From the NCBI GenBank assembly GCA_038087875.1, contig CM075992.1:622001-686000 (forward strand): a DNA stretch of 64,000 bases. Reading direction: 5' to 3'. The notes below the pieces were generated by a model. The model did no database searches and had not been told where the DNA came from. It was given only the letters and a program-made list of their open reading frames with translations. Source of the stretch: Malacoraja senta. Lineage: Eukaryota. Position 1 is the first letter of the stretch, and every line of letters starts with the position of its first letter. Below, piece after piece: positions 27,038 to 41,800 of the stretch. A program made the translations under genes and the position numbers.

Positions 27038-29735
27038 GTGAGGGCAAGATTTGCCATACAGCGTTGCAGCGCTGGAGACCCAGGTTCCATCCCGACTATG
27101 GGTGCTGTCTGTACGGAGTTTGTACGTTCTCCCTGTGACCGCGTGGGTTTTCTTCGAGATCTTCGGTTTCCTCCCACACTCCAAAGACGTACAGGTTTGT
27201 AGGTTTATTGGCTTGGTGCAAGTGTAAATTGTCCCTAGTGTGTATAGGATAGTGTTACTGTGCGGGGATCGTTGGTTGGTGCGGACTTAGTGGGCTGAAG
27301 GTAAAAGCTAAAATTTAACAGAAAACAAGCCAGTTACAGAGGGGGTCTTGAAACATGCTGGATTTTTTTTCCCAGTTTAGAGATAAACTGGACTCTACTA
27401 GGCTAATTCTGGGGCTTCAGTCTTCCTATTTTGGCTTTTTTGGCTCATTTTAATTGGAAAACATTGGATTAATAAAACGCAGATGCTGGAAATCTAAAAT
27501 AAAACGGAAAATAATGGATTTCATTCAGCAGGTCAAGCAGCATCTGTGAAAAGAGAAACCGTATTTTCATGTTGAAAACCCTACATCAGAACTGTTTTCA
27601 AAATGGACATTCAAACTGAAAGATTAATGTTTCTCTTTCCCACAGATGTTGCCTGAATTTTCTGTTTTGACGATTAAATAAATAGTTGTATCTGGAAATA
27701 GCTTGAGGCCGTGGCCTCTCTTATTGCTTAATCTCAAATGCTTAAATGTATTCCTAACTGCAATAAAATGTAAACTAACTTTGCACTATTCATGCAGTTG
27801 GCAGAAAAATAGGGGGAGTGCATGGAGGAGGGAGTAGGAACTGGTTGATAGTGGCGCTACCCAGCTTTCCACCTGCATGCAACTTTCTTTCTATCAGCTG
27901 CCTCCCCTTTACTCTACAAGTCCAAAGAATGGTTTAGACCTGAAACATTTCCCTTGACGGATTCTGTCTGACCTGCTGAGTTTCTCCAGCAGTTTGTTCA
28001 TGGATTATATCATTCTTTTGACAACCATATCTGCAGATTTGGATTTGACATTTGATCAGCCAGAGAACCAATGCGGGAAGGAGTGGGGAGTGCATGCCAG
28101 TGTGGTGACAGTGGGCTTGCATGCAGTAGGATTGGCACAGGGTGTTGTGGTGGATGTTTTGTGTGGTGCCAAAGACGGTGGGTGTTGTGGAAGGAATAAA
28201 GATGTGCAGATGAATAGGAGGAGGCGCGGGCAACAGGGGTGGGTATGGTGTTTGGAAACAGAGGACAACAGGAGACACATGGGGATTAGGAGATGAATGC
28301 CGGGGTAAAGTTGGGGATGGGATGGATGAGTCTGAGCACACCGGAGGTGGCTGGGACAGCAAGCTATGGGGATTGGTGAGTGGTGAAGAGGCAATCCAAG
28401 GTGGGTTGTAAATGAGCTGAACCATAGAAGGGAAAACATGGTTATGAATGTGTAGGAAGGAACTGCAGATGCTGGTTTAAACCGAAGATAGACACAAAGC
28501 TGGAGTAACTCAGTGGGACAGGCAGCATTTCAGGAGAGAAGGAATGGGTGACGTTTCTGGTCGAGACCCTTCGTATGAATGTAATTGCTTAGTTAGCAAG
28601 TGCCCATATTGGTAAGGATGAGGATTTTGACGGAGTGAGGGGTGCATTTATTTTATGGAGACTCTCATGGAATGGACAACACGAGGATATAGATACAGAA
28701 GAAAAACATGCAGGATGTTTGGGTAGATATTCTGAGGTTATGGACTTGGAGGCATTACTTCAGGCTGGCTACACGGCTAATATGGTGTAACGGTGTGAGT
28801 TGCTCTAGACAGCAGGTGATAGGAAATCCAGAAATATGTGTTTGAAATGCATTTGAGCCGTTGATTTCTGTGCTTTGCTTATCTCCATACCCAGATCTGA
28901 AGATGGAGACAAATTTAATGGTTAGATAGAAATAGCTGTTTGCTGCGTTCGACTTGACTTGAAATAGTGCAAGTATTGAAATACTTTTAGTTTTGGATTT
29001 GTTTGGATGGGAATAAAGAAGGGACTTAAACCACGTGTTATTCTGAATTATTGATGCTCGCCTCTCTGATTTTATTAAACTGCTGCCTTTCGATTGCTGC
29101 TGATGACACTAGACATCATTCTCACTGAAATGTTGTCCATTTTGTTTGCTACGTTACTTAATGCAGAGCTATTTATTGATTGGTTCTGAATATTTTATGA
29201 GCGGTAATATCCCATTACGCTTGTAATCGTCTGTAAATCTGTAACGTTTGCTAGGTTGCTGGAAGCAGACAGCAAGTCATTGCGGTCGGTGAATGGATCA
29301 CGGCGGAACAGTAGCGGCTCGCTTGTGTCGAGCTCCTCGGCTTCGAGCAACTTAAGCCACTTGGAAGAAGACACATGGATTCTGTGGGGCCGCTTGATCA
29401 ATGAATGGGAGGAAGTGCGTAAAAAGAAAGAGAAACTGCTGAGGGTGAGGAACTGGGGATGTTTATCATCGGGGTAGCGCAAAGCTTTTTAACCCGTCTA
29501 TTGTCAAGAGTTTTATTGTCATATGTCCCAGATAGAACAATGAAATTCTTACTTGCAGCAGCACAACAGAATATGTAAACATAGTACACTGTAAACAATA
29601 TGATAAACTAGAAAAAGGTCAGTGTGTGTATATGCACACATACTCAAATATATACATTACTCACATATATACAGATCATATACATATGTATGTAAATGTG
29701 TGTGTATATATACATACGCACATATGTATCTGTAT

Positions 29736-29814
<79 letters not shown>

Positions 29815-32800
29815 TACACACACACACACACACACACATACACACACACACACATACACACATATATATATATATATATATAAAGGGAGGGGGAATGACT
29901 TAAAAATTTGAGTGGGAGCCAGCAGAATTCAAATCCTCCTGTTTTTAAATCCTGGAATGCTTCAATCTATTTTTAGTCTGCAGTGTTCAGATTTCCTTTC
30001 AATTCAAAGGAAAGGGGCTTTTTTATGCTGGAAGCTCTTTTTTACAGTGCAGTGGGACTTGAACCCTACCTAACCCCATTTCAAGTGAATACCAGAGACA
30101 GACAATTTGCAGAAATTGCGGGTTAAGTCCATTTCACAATCTAGCGTTACACAGCAACAATTACATAAATAGTAAGCCCAGAAGGAGGCCAGTTACACTT
30201 ATTTACTATGCTGCTCGTCTTAATCTACCTGATTATTACCCTTTTAATCATTGTAAATGATGCATTTAAACTCTTCCTGATTTCAAACATCGATGCAAAC
30301 ATTTGTTGATCTTGCTGCTCCGAAGAGCAAGTTATTCATCCACGTGTCAAGTTAAAGAATCATATGGTGATGTAGCACGGAAATAGGCTCTGTGGCTCAT
30401 CAAGATACTCATCAAAGTTAGTCCCATTTGCCCACATTCTGCATTCCTGAAACCGTTCTAGTAAATCATTTAGAAACATAGAAAACAGGTGCAGGAGTAG
30501 GCCACCCGGCCCTTCGAGCCAGCATCGCCATTCAATAGGATCATGGCTGATCATCCAGAATCAGTACTCCGTTCCTGCTTTCTCCCAATATCCCTTGATT
30601 CCATTAGCCCAAAGCGCAATATCTAACAATCTTCTCAAGAAATCTTTTAAATCTTTTTAAGATTTCTCAATCTTAGCTTTAATTTCCTTCTGCTTTCAAA
30701 TTGTGCTTCTCTGAACCATCACACCACTGCAGCTGCCGCTCTGCTATTCTCATGGCTACGATGAGCTTAACATGCTTGGTAACATGCAGAAGATTTTTGC
30801 AGATACAATCCCAACTTTCTTATTTTCTTATATCCCTTTTAAAATGATACAATTTAGCATGTATACAATCATCGCTCTCTATCACAATAAATCACCTTCA
30901 GTTCTCTGCATTATCATTACCACATGTCTACCGGGTCCACAAAATATTTGTCAACTCTATATTTAAACATCTTTCCTTGTGTCCACTCATCCCTGTCCTC
31001 CCCTTCTTCCAAGGGTCTGAAGAAGGGTCTCGACCCTAAACATCACCCATTTCTTCTCTCCAGAGATGCTGCCTGTTCCGCTGAGTTATTCCAGCATTTT
31101 GTGTCTGATTCCTCTTCTTCCAATTCAATATCAATAATGTGCATCAAAAACCATGATGGTTGTGACACTGTCTGATTTTGAGTGCTATTTTTTCCTGGAC
31201 TTTGGTTATCTACCAAATATCACAATATATGATAGGTAAACAGTATCCTGGCAACTCCCTATTTAAAATGGTGCTCCATCCTTCCTTGGTCATCTGTTGC
31301 CGGCGTTGCTTTGTTCTGGCCTCTTCTTGCCTCCAATTCCCTCCCCTCTACTTTCATTCTGACCCGAAACGTCACCCGTACATTTGTCCCAAGACAATAA
31401 TAAACTAAGCCAGGGGTGGGGAACCTGCGGCCTTCTAGGCCATTAAATGCGGCCTTTTGAATGAATCCAAATTTTGTAGAACAAATCCTTTTATTTTTAT
31501 TAATATATGTTTTTGTTCGTCTTTTATTATTTTTATTTTAATCTTAAAATGAACGTACTTAAAATACCAAAGAGTAAAAGAAGATTCAACAAAATAATCC
31601 TCCCCGACTGACGGCCACAATTAAAACATTAGTAAGTCATGGCTATTTTAACAAAATAATGTACATTTTGAAGTATATCTAATTGAAGTTTCTTGGATGC
31701 GGCCTTATTAGATTACAGCTAACTTAGTGCGGCAATCCAACATGAAAAGGTTCCCCACTCCTGAACTAAACTATACGGCAGGATATTAATCATTAATCAA
31801 TAATATTTTATTATTAATGTTTAATGTTTTATGTGTCATTCTTAACTGTCACTGTATGTCATGTTGTCACTTGTGGGAGGAGCACCAAGGCAAATTCCTT
31901 GTATGTGAATACTTGGCCAATAAATTCATTCATTCATTCGACTGTGATTTCTGTTGTTTCAAATGATAATAGGAAACATTAGGGAAAAAGATTAAGAGAT
32001 TAATTTATTTTCAGGAGCTGATTCGGAAAGGAATCCCACACCATTTCCGTGGGATTGTTTGGCAGTTGCTATGCAATGCAACTGATATGCCTATGAAAAA
32101 CCAGTATTCAGAGCTGCTAAAGATGACCTCTCCTTGTGAGAAGCTAATCCGGAGAGACATTGCACGGACCTACCCTGAGCACGATTTCTTCAAAGGACAA
32201 TACAGTCTCGGACAAGAGGTGCTGTTCAATGTCATGAAGGTGAGAGATGGACTTTGCCTCTAACTTTTCCTCACCAGAGTTTAGTCTTGTTAGAGACAGG
32301 AACATGTAAATGAATGTTACATTCAGTGGGGATTAAACATGGGCAGGAATGGAATGTATTCAGTTTCCTGATTTAGCATGGGGGAGAGGAAAATATGAAC
32401 AGTCAGCATTTAAAAAAAATAATCCTCCCTGTATTTTCCCAAATGACTCGAACAAAAATAAAATTGTTTATAATTATCCCCAGAAGACAGTTGAATAGTA
32501 CATCAGCATCCTGGAAAATAGTTGCAGCCACATTCCCCATTCAAGTAGCCTCCTGTGTATCACATCCCGACTGGTCAGTGCCCTTGCATCAAACTATACT
32601 TCCATATCGCCTAATGATCTCTCAACTGACTACAGTAATAGCCACTTGTCTGAGTTTGGCAATTCCAGTCCACTAAACATGTTGTACCACAATCTCTGCG
32701 GTTCTTGTAGGTAGTTTTGTTTTGGACCAGTTGGGAGCTTAGACGATGAGTAACCACACAAGTCCAGGACCCCTCAAGGTCAAAGAGATAGCTCCATGCT

Positions 32801-35800
32801 TTTAAACACTTTCAGTTAATGTCTCACAAATGTGGGTTACTGGGACTGATAGAGTCGCTGTGGTCTCGTAATTGATCGCACATTCATGAACATTGAGTGT
32901 ATAAGGGGTAGAAATTCACAGATGTGTGCATGTACGATTTATCGCAATCTAATTTATGCAAGTTGTATGTATGTGAAAAGCCATTTGCCCAGAGACCGAG
33001 GAAGACAGCTTGTAAGCATTCACCTGAGATAATTTCAAAGCTGATTAGGGGAGAGAGATGATTAAGATCAACAACCTGAAACATTAATTACTTTCTCCAG
33101 TTTCAAGCTGATCTGTGTATCTTCAGATTTCCTGCATCTGTTATTTCACTTTTGTGTCCCTGTCCATTGTTTAGTACTGGGGGTGGCACAGCGATAGAGT
33201 TACTGCCTGACAGCGCCAGAGACCCAGGTTAGATCCCGACTACGGGTGTTGTCTGTACGGAGTTTGTACGTTCTCCCTGTGAGCGCATGGGTTTTCTCTG
33301 GAATTCCTCCCACACCCAGAGTATAGAGGTTGGGAGGTGAGTATAGAAGTTGGGAGGTCATATTGCAGTTGTATAAGACGTTGGTGAGACTGTATTTAGA
33401 GTATTGTTGATCAGTTCTGGGCACCATGTTATGGGAAAGATATTGTCAAGCTTGAAAGTGTTCAGAGAAGATTTACGAAGATGTTGCTAGGACTGGAGGG
33501 TGTGAGCTATAGGGAGAGGTTGAGTAGGCTGGATCTCTATTCCTTGGAGCGCAGGAGGATGAGGAGCGATCTTATAGAGGTGTATAAAATCTTGAGAGGA
33601 ATAGATCGGGTAGATGCACAGAGTCTCTTGCCCAGAGTAGGGGAATCGAGGACCAGAGGACATAGGTTCAAGGTGAAGGGGAAAAGATTTAATAGGAATC
33701 TGAGGAGTGACTTTTTCACACAAAGGGTGGTGGGTGTATGGAACAAACTGCCAGATGAGGTAGTTGAGGCTGAGACTATCCCAACGTTTAATGGAGAGAT
33801 TAGGAGGGATATGGACCAAACGCAGGCAGGTGGGACTAGTGTAGCTGGGACATGTTGCCCGGTGTGGGTAAGTTGGGCCGAAGGGCCTGTTTCCACATTG
33901 TATCACTCTATGACGTGTGGGTTTGTAGGTTAATTGGCTATTATATATTGTCCCTAGTGTGTAGAATAGTGCTAGTGTTTGGGGTGATTGCTGGTCTGTC
34001 TGGACTCAGGCCGAAATGCCTGATTTCACGCTATTTTTAAATACTATTTAGTAACAGGCTATTGAAGTATCATTTCAGATTCGAGTGTCCATGAAAAATA
34101 ATTTATCTGTTGGCTAATGATATTTTAACTTTGAAGTTAGAAAATGATTCTGTCAGTGGGATGCAGAATCATTAGCTGGGTAATTAAAAGATACACACTA
34201 GATTGGTTTATTGAAGCTTGAATGGAAACATGCCCTTCAGTTTAACAAGTCCATGCCGAACATCGATCATCCCGTTCACACCTCGCTTTCATAGCCAGTC
34301 CTTGCATACAAGGAGTAGTTTAGAATGGCCAATTAACCTTTGTCTTGGGATGTGGGAGGAAACCGGAGCACTCGAAGGAAACATATGCGATCACACGGAG
34401 AACGTGCAACTCTGTACAAACAGCACAGACATCACCCGTAGACAGGATGGAACCCGGGTCTCTGGCGCTGTAAGGCAGCAACTCCACACTGCACCAACGT
34501 GCTGCCTCCCCATTACTAAACAAGGGACAGAGACTCAAAAGCGAAATAATAGATGCAGGAAACCTGGAAATACACAGATCAGCTTGAAACTGGCAGCGGT
34601 TCGACCAACTGCACCACTGGAGTACACTGAGAGCACATATTCTCCAAAAGATCAAAAATAGTTATTTCACACTTTTCTCCTGCAGATGCTCTGGCCTTTC
34701 CTATGGACATGCCTGTTTAAGAGAACTGCATTTGTTGAACTGTTCCCAATTATGATGAGATGAGTAAATATCTCAACTCATTTTTATCTTTTGATAGGAT
34801 CACCTCTAACCTTTGTTTCGATTATCCTATTTTAATTAAATAGCAACATAGATTTGCTTGTTCTTCAGTCACTGAGCTTGAAAATTACCTTGTGTGTTGA
34901 AGTTTTCTCGAGTTTGAGTCTGTTTGCTTACTTTGTGGCAGGCTTACTCTCTGGTCGACCGTGAAGTTGGATATTGCCAAGGAAGTGCATTCATTGTGGG
35001 GCTGCTGCTCATGCAGGTTGGTGTGAGGAATTTGCCTAATGCAGTCAGACCAGGAAGAACTGCGAGGTGATACTTCCGTATAAATTGTTTTACCCCTCAC
35101 TGTAATGTTTTGATTGTGCCTTTCTAAGATGTGATGGCTTTTCTAGAACACTTTTGTTTCCAAATATTTTATCCACAGTGGAAAACCTTATTCTACACAC
35201 CTGACATTTGAATGTTACTGTGTACAAAGTTAACCTAGTAAATAGCATCCTGTGTGTCTACGGGACTGTAAGTATGTACAGTTCAGAAACTAAATAGGTA
35301 GGTTATTTAGAGACCCAAATGCTGGAGTAACTCAGCGGGACAGGCAGCATCCTGTCAGGTCGAGACTATTCGGGTCGAGACTATTCTTCCCTGAAGACGC
35401 GTCTCGATCCGAATTATCACCCATTCCTCCTCTCCAGAGATGCTGCCTGTCTCGCTGAGTTTCTTCAGCAGTCTTCGGTTTAAACCAGCATCTGCAGTTC
35501 CTTCATGCACAGGTAGGTTAGTTACATTGGACATCCTGTCAGTACTTAGGCTAGTTTAAGTTATCGTTATGTGTATCAGGGATCTTGTAAAAAGGTCCGA
35601 TCTGGACCATACCTTCAAACTATACGATATTGTGAAGAACAGCAAATTATTTGTTCATTGATAATTCCATCAGTGAATTTTACATTGATTCTTTTAAATC
35701 TCATTCTGGGTAGATGGTGTACATTAAAATGCTGTCATGCTAAATCTGTCAACTAGAAGCAAACTTGCAGATTGAGTGGTGCATTCAGCATGATAGATCT

Positions 35801-38800
35801 CGGGGAAGAATTAAAATCCACATTCACTTCTCACCATTATTTTTCCTGTCAGTTCTTGTAAGGATTTGGATAGAAAGGCAATTATCTTAGATACATAGAT
35901 ACATAGAAAATAGGTGCAGGAATAGGCCATTCGGCCCTTCGAGCCTGCACCGCCATTCAATATGATCATGGCTGATCATCCAACTCAGTATCCCGTACCT
36001 GCCTTCTCTCCATACCCCCTGATCCCCTTAGCCACAAGGGCCACATCTAACTCCCTCTTAAATATAGCCAATGAACTGGCCTCAACTACCCTCTGTGGCA
36101 GAGAGTTCCAGAGGTGCACCACTCTCTGTGTGAAAAAGTTTTTCCTCATCTCGGTCTTAAAGGATTTCCCCCTTATCCTTAAGCTGTGACCCCTTGTCCT
36201 GGACTTCCCCAACATCGGGAACAATCTTCCTGCATCTAGCCTGTCCAACCCCATAAGAATTTTGTACGTTTCTATAAGATCCCCTCTCAATCTCCTAAAT
36301 TCTAGCGAGTCTCCTAAATTCTAGCGAGGGGAGTGAGTAGCCTGGAAAAATGCCTCGGTACGTACAATCAGTAATCAAGATGGGGCAGAGCCGAAATGAG
36401 TTGTTTCACTGAGGGCGATGAATAGAAGCCTAGATTGCTTTGAGTCCTATTGATTGCTTAAGGGTCTGTCCCACTGCGGCGACTTAATCTGCCAGTTTAG
36501 AAGAGTTTCCCTTTGACTCAAACTCGCAGCATGGTCGACACGTGGTCCTAGGAGGTCCTATGAAGTCACTGGAACTCTCCTTCAAGCTCGAGGAAAGTTC
36601 CTGCATACCAGGTGCCTCAGCTAGGTCGCTGAAAATGTTTCAGCATGTTGAAACATTTTCTGCGAGTAAAAATTGGTCGGCATGGTTCTTTTGAACTCGT
36701 AGGGCAGTGGAGAGGGGTCACTATTTAGTTATAGGCAGTTGAGGGCAGCTGTAGGCCATCTCCTTCACTGACCGGGCATTTTATTTGGCTCATTGGAGTT
36801 TTCAGGAACAAGGAAAACCGACCGGTAGGTTAAATGCTAAACTTTATTATACTTCTTAAAAGTGTCTCCACTCCTTCTCCCCTCCGTCTCGCTCCCTTCT
36901 CCTCCCCCACTTCTCCTCCCCCTTCTCCTCCCCCTTCTCCTCCCCCTTCTCCTCCCCCTTCTCCTCCCCCTTCTCCTCCCCCTTCTCCTCCCCCTTCTCC
37001 TCCCACCTTTCCCCCCCCCCTTTCTCCCCCCCCTTTCTCCCCCCCCTTTCTCTCCCCCTTTCTCTCCCCCTTTCTCTCCCCCTCTCTTCCTCCCCCCTCC
37101 GCGCTCTCTGAAGGACTTACCGTACACTGTGCAGCCGTCTTTTACCTTCCTCTTTATTGTGGGTGTGAATTTCAGACAGCGCTCCCCCGCTCTCCCTGGC
37201 CCCCGCCTTTGCGGTGTGTGTGCGTGCGTGCGTGTGTGTGGTTGTCCAGCTCGCGCTGTCATCGCTGACGGTCGATCCAGCTCGAGGTTTTTCAGGCGCG
37301 TGCCCTCGAGCTTGAAGGTCGAACACACTCTTCTGAAGTGGCGGAGTAGGTCGCCGCAGTGGGACTGCCCCTGTAGTGTTGCAGTGTTGAAGATCTAGAG
37401 CAGTTTCTTGGCATGATACAGAATAGGCCAAAGAGCTGGAAAACCATGTGTACATTGTGCCCTCTCTACTTCTATTAAACAATAAAATATTTCTCATTGA
37501 TTCTTAATTTCTATCCACCACTTGCACAATTATGTTTGATGTGCTGGAGAGATTGTTTTTCCAGCGCAATACTTGCGAGTGATAGTCAATAGTCAATTTT
37601 ATTCGTCACATACACCCGAAGGTGCAGTGAAATGAATTTGCCAGCAGCGGTACAGTTAAAAAAGAACACACAATACACAATAAGATTTAACACAAACATC
37701 CACCACAGCATTCTTCACTGTGGCGGAAGGCACAAAGGTCAGTCAGTCCTCCTCCATTGTTCCCCCGTGGTCGGGGCCATAAACCTCTGCAGCCGCCGCT
37801 ACGGACGGACGGATGTACAGGCCCTCTCGTCGGGACGGTTGAACACACTCCGCGGCTTGGAGGTCCCGAATCGGCGCTTTCTTACTGGAGACCGCGGCTT
37901 CAGGATGTTGTAGGCCACAGAGTAAAGTAAGAATGTCATTGTTCTATCAGGGACATACGACAATAAAACACTCTTGACTCTCGCTGTGTTTTATTTTCAT
38001 TTATAGATGCCGGAGGAAGAAGCGTTTTGTGTGTTTGTGCGTTTGATGCAGGAGTATCGACTAAGGGAGCTCTTCAAGCCCACTATGGCAGAGCTGGGTC
38101 TCTGCATCTACCAGTTTGAGTATTTAATACAGGTAACCCGGTGAATCTTATTCCGTCAGCCCTTGTACTTGAATTAATTGAATAACCTACTCACCCACAA
38201 AATAGTGTACAATAAATACCAGGAAGTGATTGCAACTCCTGAGCTAAATGAGATGGGGCATAAAATCACTGTAGGATGATACATGACAGTATTAATATAT
38301 CGCAGTAAGGAACAGTTGAATTGTAAGCTATTTTTTTCTTGGCAAATTGCCAACTTCATATTCCTGCATCAGAGTGATGAGTGAACGAGGGGCTGAATGA
38401 AGTTAGCGATAATGAATGCAAGTAATTGGAGAAAATAATGACACTAAAAGGCAATAAATCCCCAGAACCTGACGAACCGCAGTGAACACACAAGTTATCA
38501 TTTTCTAAAATTCTATTACATTCTAAAATGGTTCCTACAGACTGGAAGGTAGCAAATGTAACGCCACTGATTAAGAAAAAAAGGAGTCTGGAATTATGGG
38601 TCCATTAATCTGACGGAATATACAATAATCTATATATTAAAGAGGTAGCACAAAAATAACAATAGGTTTGGGCAGAGTTGAGGAGAACTTTCAATACAGA
38701 ATGTATGAGCTGTAACAAGCAGAATAGATAAGGGGGGGGGGGGATGAGGTGTATTTGGACTGTAAGGTGGGACTCACATGAAATAAGAGCTCATTACAAA

Positions 38801-41800
38801 TGAAATGCAAGGAGGTGCCAGAGAGGAACAGCATACCAGGCCACTATTCTCTCAAAATTTAGAAACAATCTCACGGAAACATGTAGAATTCTTGCAGCCT
38901 GTGTTAAAGTAAATACAGAGATGATATTTCCTTTTTGTCAGTCTGAAGAAGTCTTCCTCCCATCAAAGTGAAGAAGGGTCTCCACCTGAAACCACCTATT
39001 TGAGTTCTCCAGAGATGCTGCCTGACCCATTGAGTTAGTCCAGCACTTTGTCTTTTATTATAAACCAGCATCTGCAGTTCCTTGTTTCGATATTTTTCTT
39101 TGGGCTGGATATCTAAAATGTCACAGAAGAGGTTGATGGTTTAGGACTGAGGTGATGAGAACTGCAGACCCCTGTCTTGGCCGAGGCATTTTGATTTTTA
39201 GAAAATGCAAAGAAAACTTGAGGCAATGAGTTGTGTAAGGAGCCAGAAATCTGACCATTGTGTCTCAGTAAGTTGTCACTCTAAATTGCATGAGTACGGA
39301 AGAAATAACAAGGTGGGAATAATGGGATTGCTTCCCTGGGAGTCGGCATGGACCTGATGGGCACAATTACAGCTCCTGTTTTGTTGTAAAATGAGTAACA
39401 AATTGAAATGTTGGATTATTGAGAAATGGAGTGCTGTAAAGCAAAGAAACTTCTGAGTGTGCAGCTGGGCAAATGAAAAGTTACATAAGAAACTGCAGAT
39501 GCTGCAATCTTGAGCAAAAAACTTAATGTTGGAGGAACTCAGCAGGTCAGGCAGCAACTGTGGAGGGAAAAGGACAGACAAAATTTTGCATCTGGATCCT
39601 TCAGTATACAATTCGGTCTAAACAAGCGTCCCGACCCAAAACATTATCCATCTGTAACACTCCACAGATGCTGCCGATGGACACAACATGCTGGAGTAAC
39701 TCAGCGGGACAGGCAACATCTCTGGAGGAAAGGAATGGGTGACGTCATCCAGAGATGCTGCCTGTCCTGCTCAGTTACTCCAGCATTTTGTGTGTATCTT
39801 CAATGTAAACCAGCATCTGCAGTTCCTTCCCACACAGATGCTGCCCGACCTGCTGAGTGCCTACAGTACTTTGTCTTTTCCAGAGAATGTTATGTTGGGA
39901 ATGAAAGCAAGTTTCCTGTTCCTCTACAGCACTTCCTTGTATTTCATTTGTACGAGCTCTTACCCAGTACAAGTCCAAACACAGCTCCCTGAAAGATGAA
40001 GGAGAGCGTGGTGAAGAAGGTGCATGGCATGTTTGCTTTCATCAGTTGAAGCATCGTATAAGAGTCAGGAGGTCACATGGCAGATTTTTAAGCATAGGAA
40101 GGAACTGCAGATGCTGGTTTAAATCGAAGATGGACTAAATACTGGTGCAACTCAGCGGGACAGGCAGCATCTTTGGAGAGAAGGAATGAGGAACGTTTCG
40201 GTTCAAGACCCTTCTTCAGAAACGTCACCCATTCTTTCTGTCAAAGAGATGCTGCCTGTTCCGCTGAGTTACTCCAGCATTTTGTGTCTATTGCAGATTT
40301 TTAAAGCTTTGATTCGGCTGCACATGGAATATTGTGTGCAGTTTTAGTTGCCACATAGTAAGAATGTGAAGGCTTTGGAGAGGGTGCAGAAGAGGTTTAC
40401 TAGAATGCTGACACAAGGAACAGCAGAGGCTGATTTGCAACTCAGTGGGCCAGGCAGCATCTCTTGAGGACATGCCTGGGTGACGTTTCAGGTTGGAGCA
40501 CTTCTTCAGCTCTTCAGTCTGAAGAAGTAGCCAGACCTGAGAGGTCTATCCACATCCTCCAGAGATGCAGCCTGAACCACTGAGTTAGGAGATATTAGCC
40601 AACAAGGAGAGGCTGGACTAACTTGGCTTGGTTTCTCTGAAGCAGTGGAGACAGTGGGAAGATTCTATAGAAGTATATAAAATAATGGGAGGCTTAGATA
40701 GTCAGAACCTTTTTTTCAAGGGTGTCAATGTCAGAGGCTAGAGGGCATATTTTTAAGGTCAGAGGGGGGGCATTTAAAGGAGACTAGACTAACGCTGGGG
40801 GGGGCGGGCGGCCTGCGGCGACACACACACACTAAACACCCCCCCCCCCCACACACACACACACTAACCACCCCCCTTGATATTGTATTAATATTATTAA
40901 TTTACCCCATTTTATACTTCTTTTACCCCATCCCGCCCTATCCACTGACGCATAGCCCGATGTGAGGCAAGTTTATTTTGTACTGAGTGGTGGGGGCAAA
41001 TATAAAAGTGGTGCTTAATAGGCCTTTAGATGGGCATGTGGAAATGAAGGGAATGGAGGAATATGGATCACATGAAGGTACAGGAGACTCGTTTAACGGC
41101 ATCATATTTAACACATTGTGTGCTGAAGGGCCTGTTCCTGAGCTGTACTGTTCTATGTTCAAACTAGGTCAGGACATGCACAGTGATTAGCATGACTCTG
41201 GGAAGTGTCGTGGAACAGAGTATTTGGGGTGCAGGTACATAGTTACTTGAAAATGAAAACTCTGCACTCTGCATCTTCACTGTCACTCCACCTATTGCAC
41301 TTGAGTTTGACATGATTGTATTTATGTATAGTTTTTCGCTGTGACTTGTCACATGTGACAATAAAGTATAAGGCATTCAATCATTACTGTATCTGATTTG
41401 ATTGGTTAGCATGCAAAACAAAGCTTTTCACTTTACCTCAGTATACATGACAATAATAAACTTAAACCAAGGGTGGTGAAGAAAGTGTATTATCTTACGA
41501 TCGAGATACAGCGCTGTGTATGATCTGGCGACTAACCTTTCTTGACCATATTTTGAAGTACCTGTATTTTGTACTCTGGCGTGTCCTGAGCGCTCCACTT
41601 TTATTTGCCCTCTGCTCTTTATTTTGCTTCTCAGGACCAATTGCCTGAATTGAACGTGCACTTTCGCTCGCAGAGCTTCCACACGTCGATGTATGCGTCG
41701 TCATGGTTCCTCACAATTTTTCTCACTACGTTTACCCTGCCTTTAGCCACTAGAATATTTGACATATTTATGTATGAGGTAAGTCCTTCAAAGTTACATC

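Noticed and set aside
27934..28439. G-rich strand-skewed segment with overlapping ORFs
   Set aside because: Compositional bias suppresses stops; no protein motif
29622..29911. HTHT and CVCV repeat ORFs
   Set aside because: Translations of a (CA)n/(TA)n microsatellite
36834..37497. Pro-rich, GRRR and LLLP ORFs of 126-178 aa
   Set aside because: Produced by a stop-free 12-mer repeat inside a transposon
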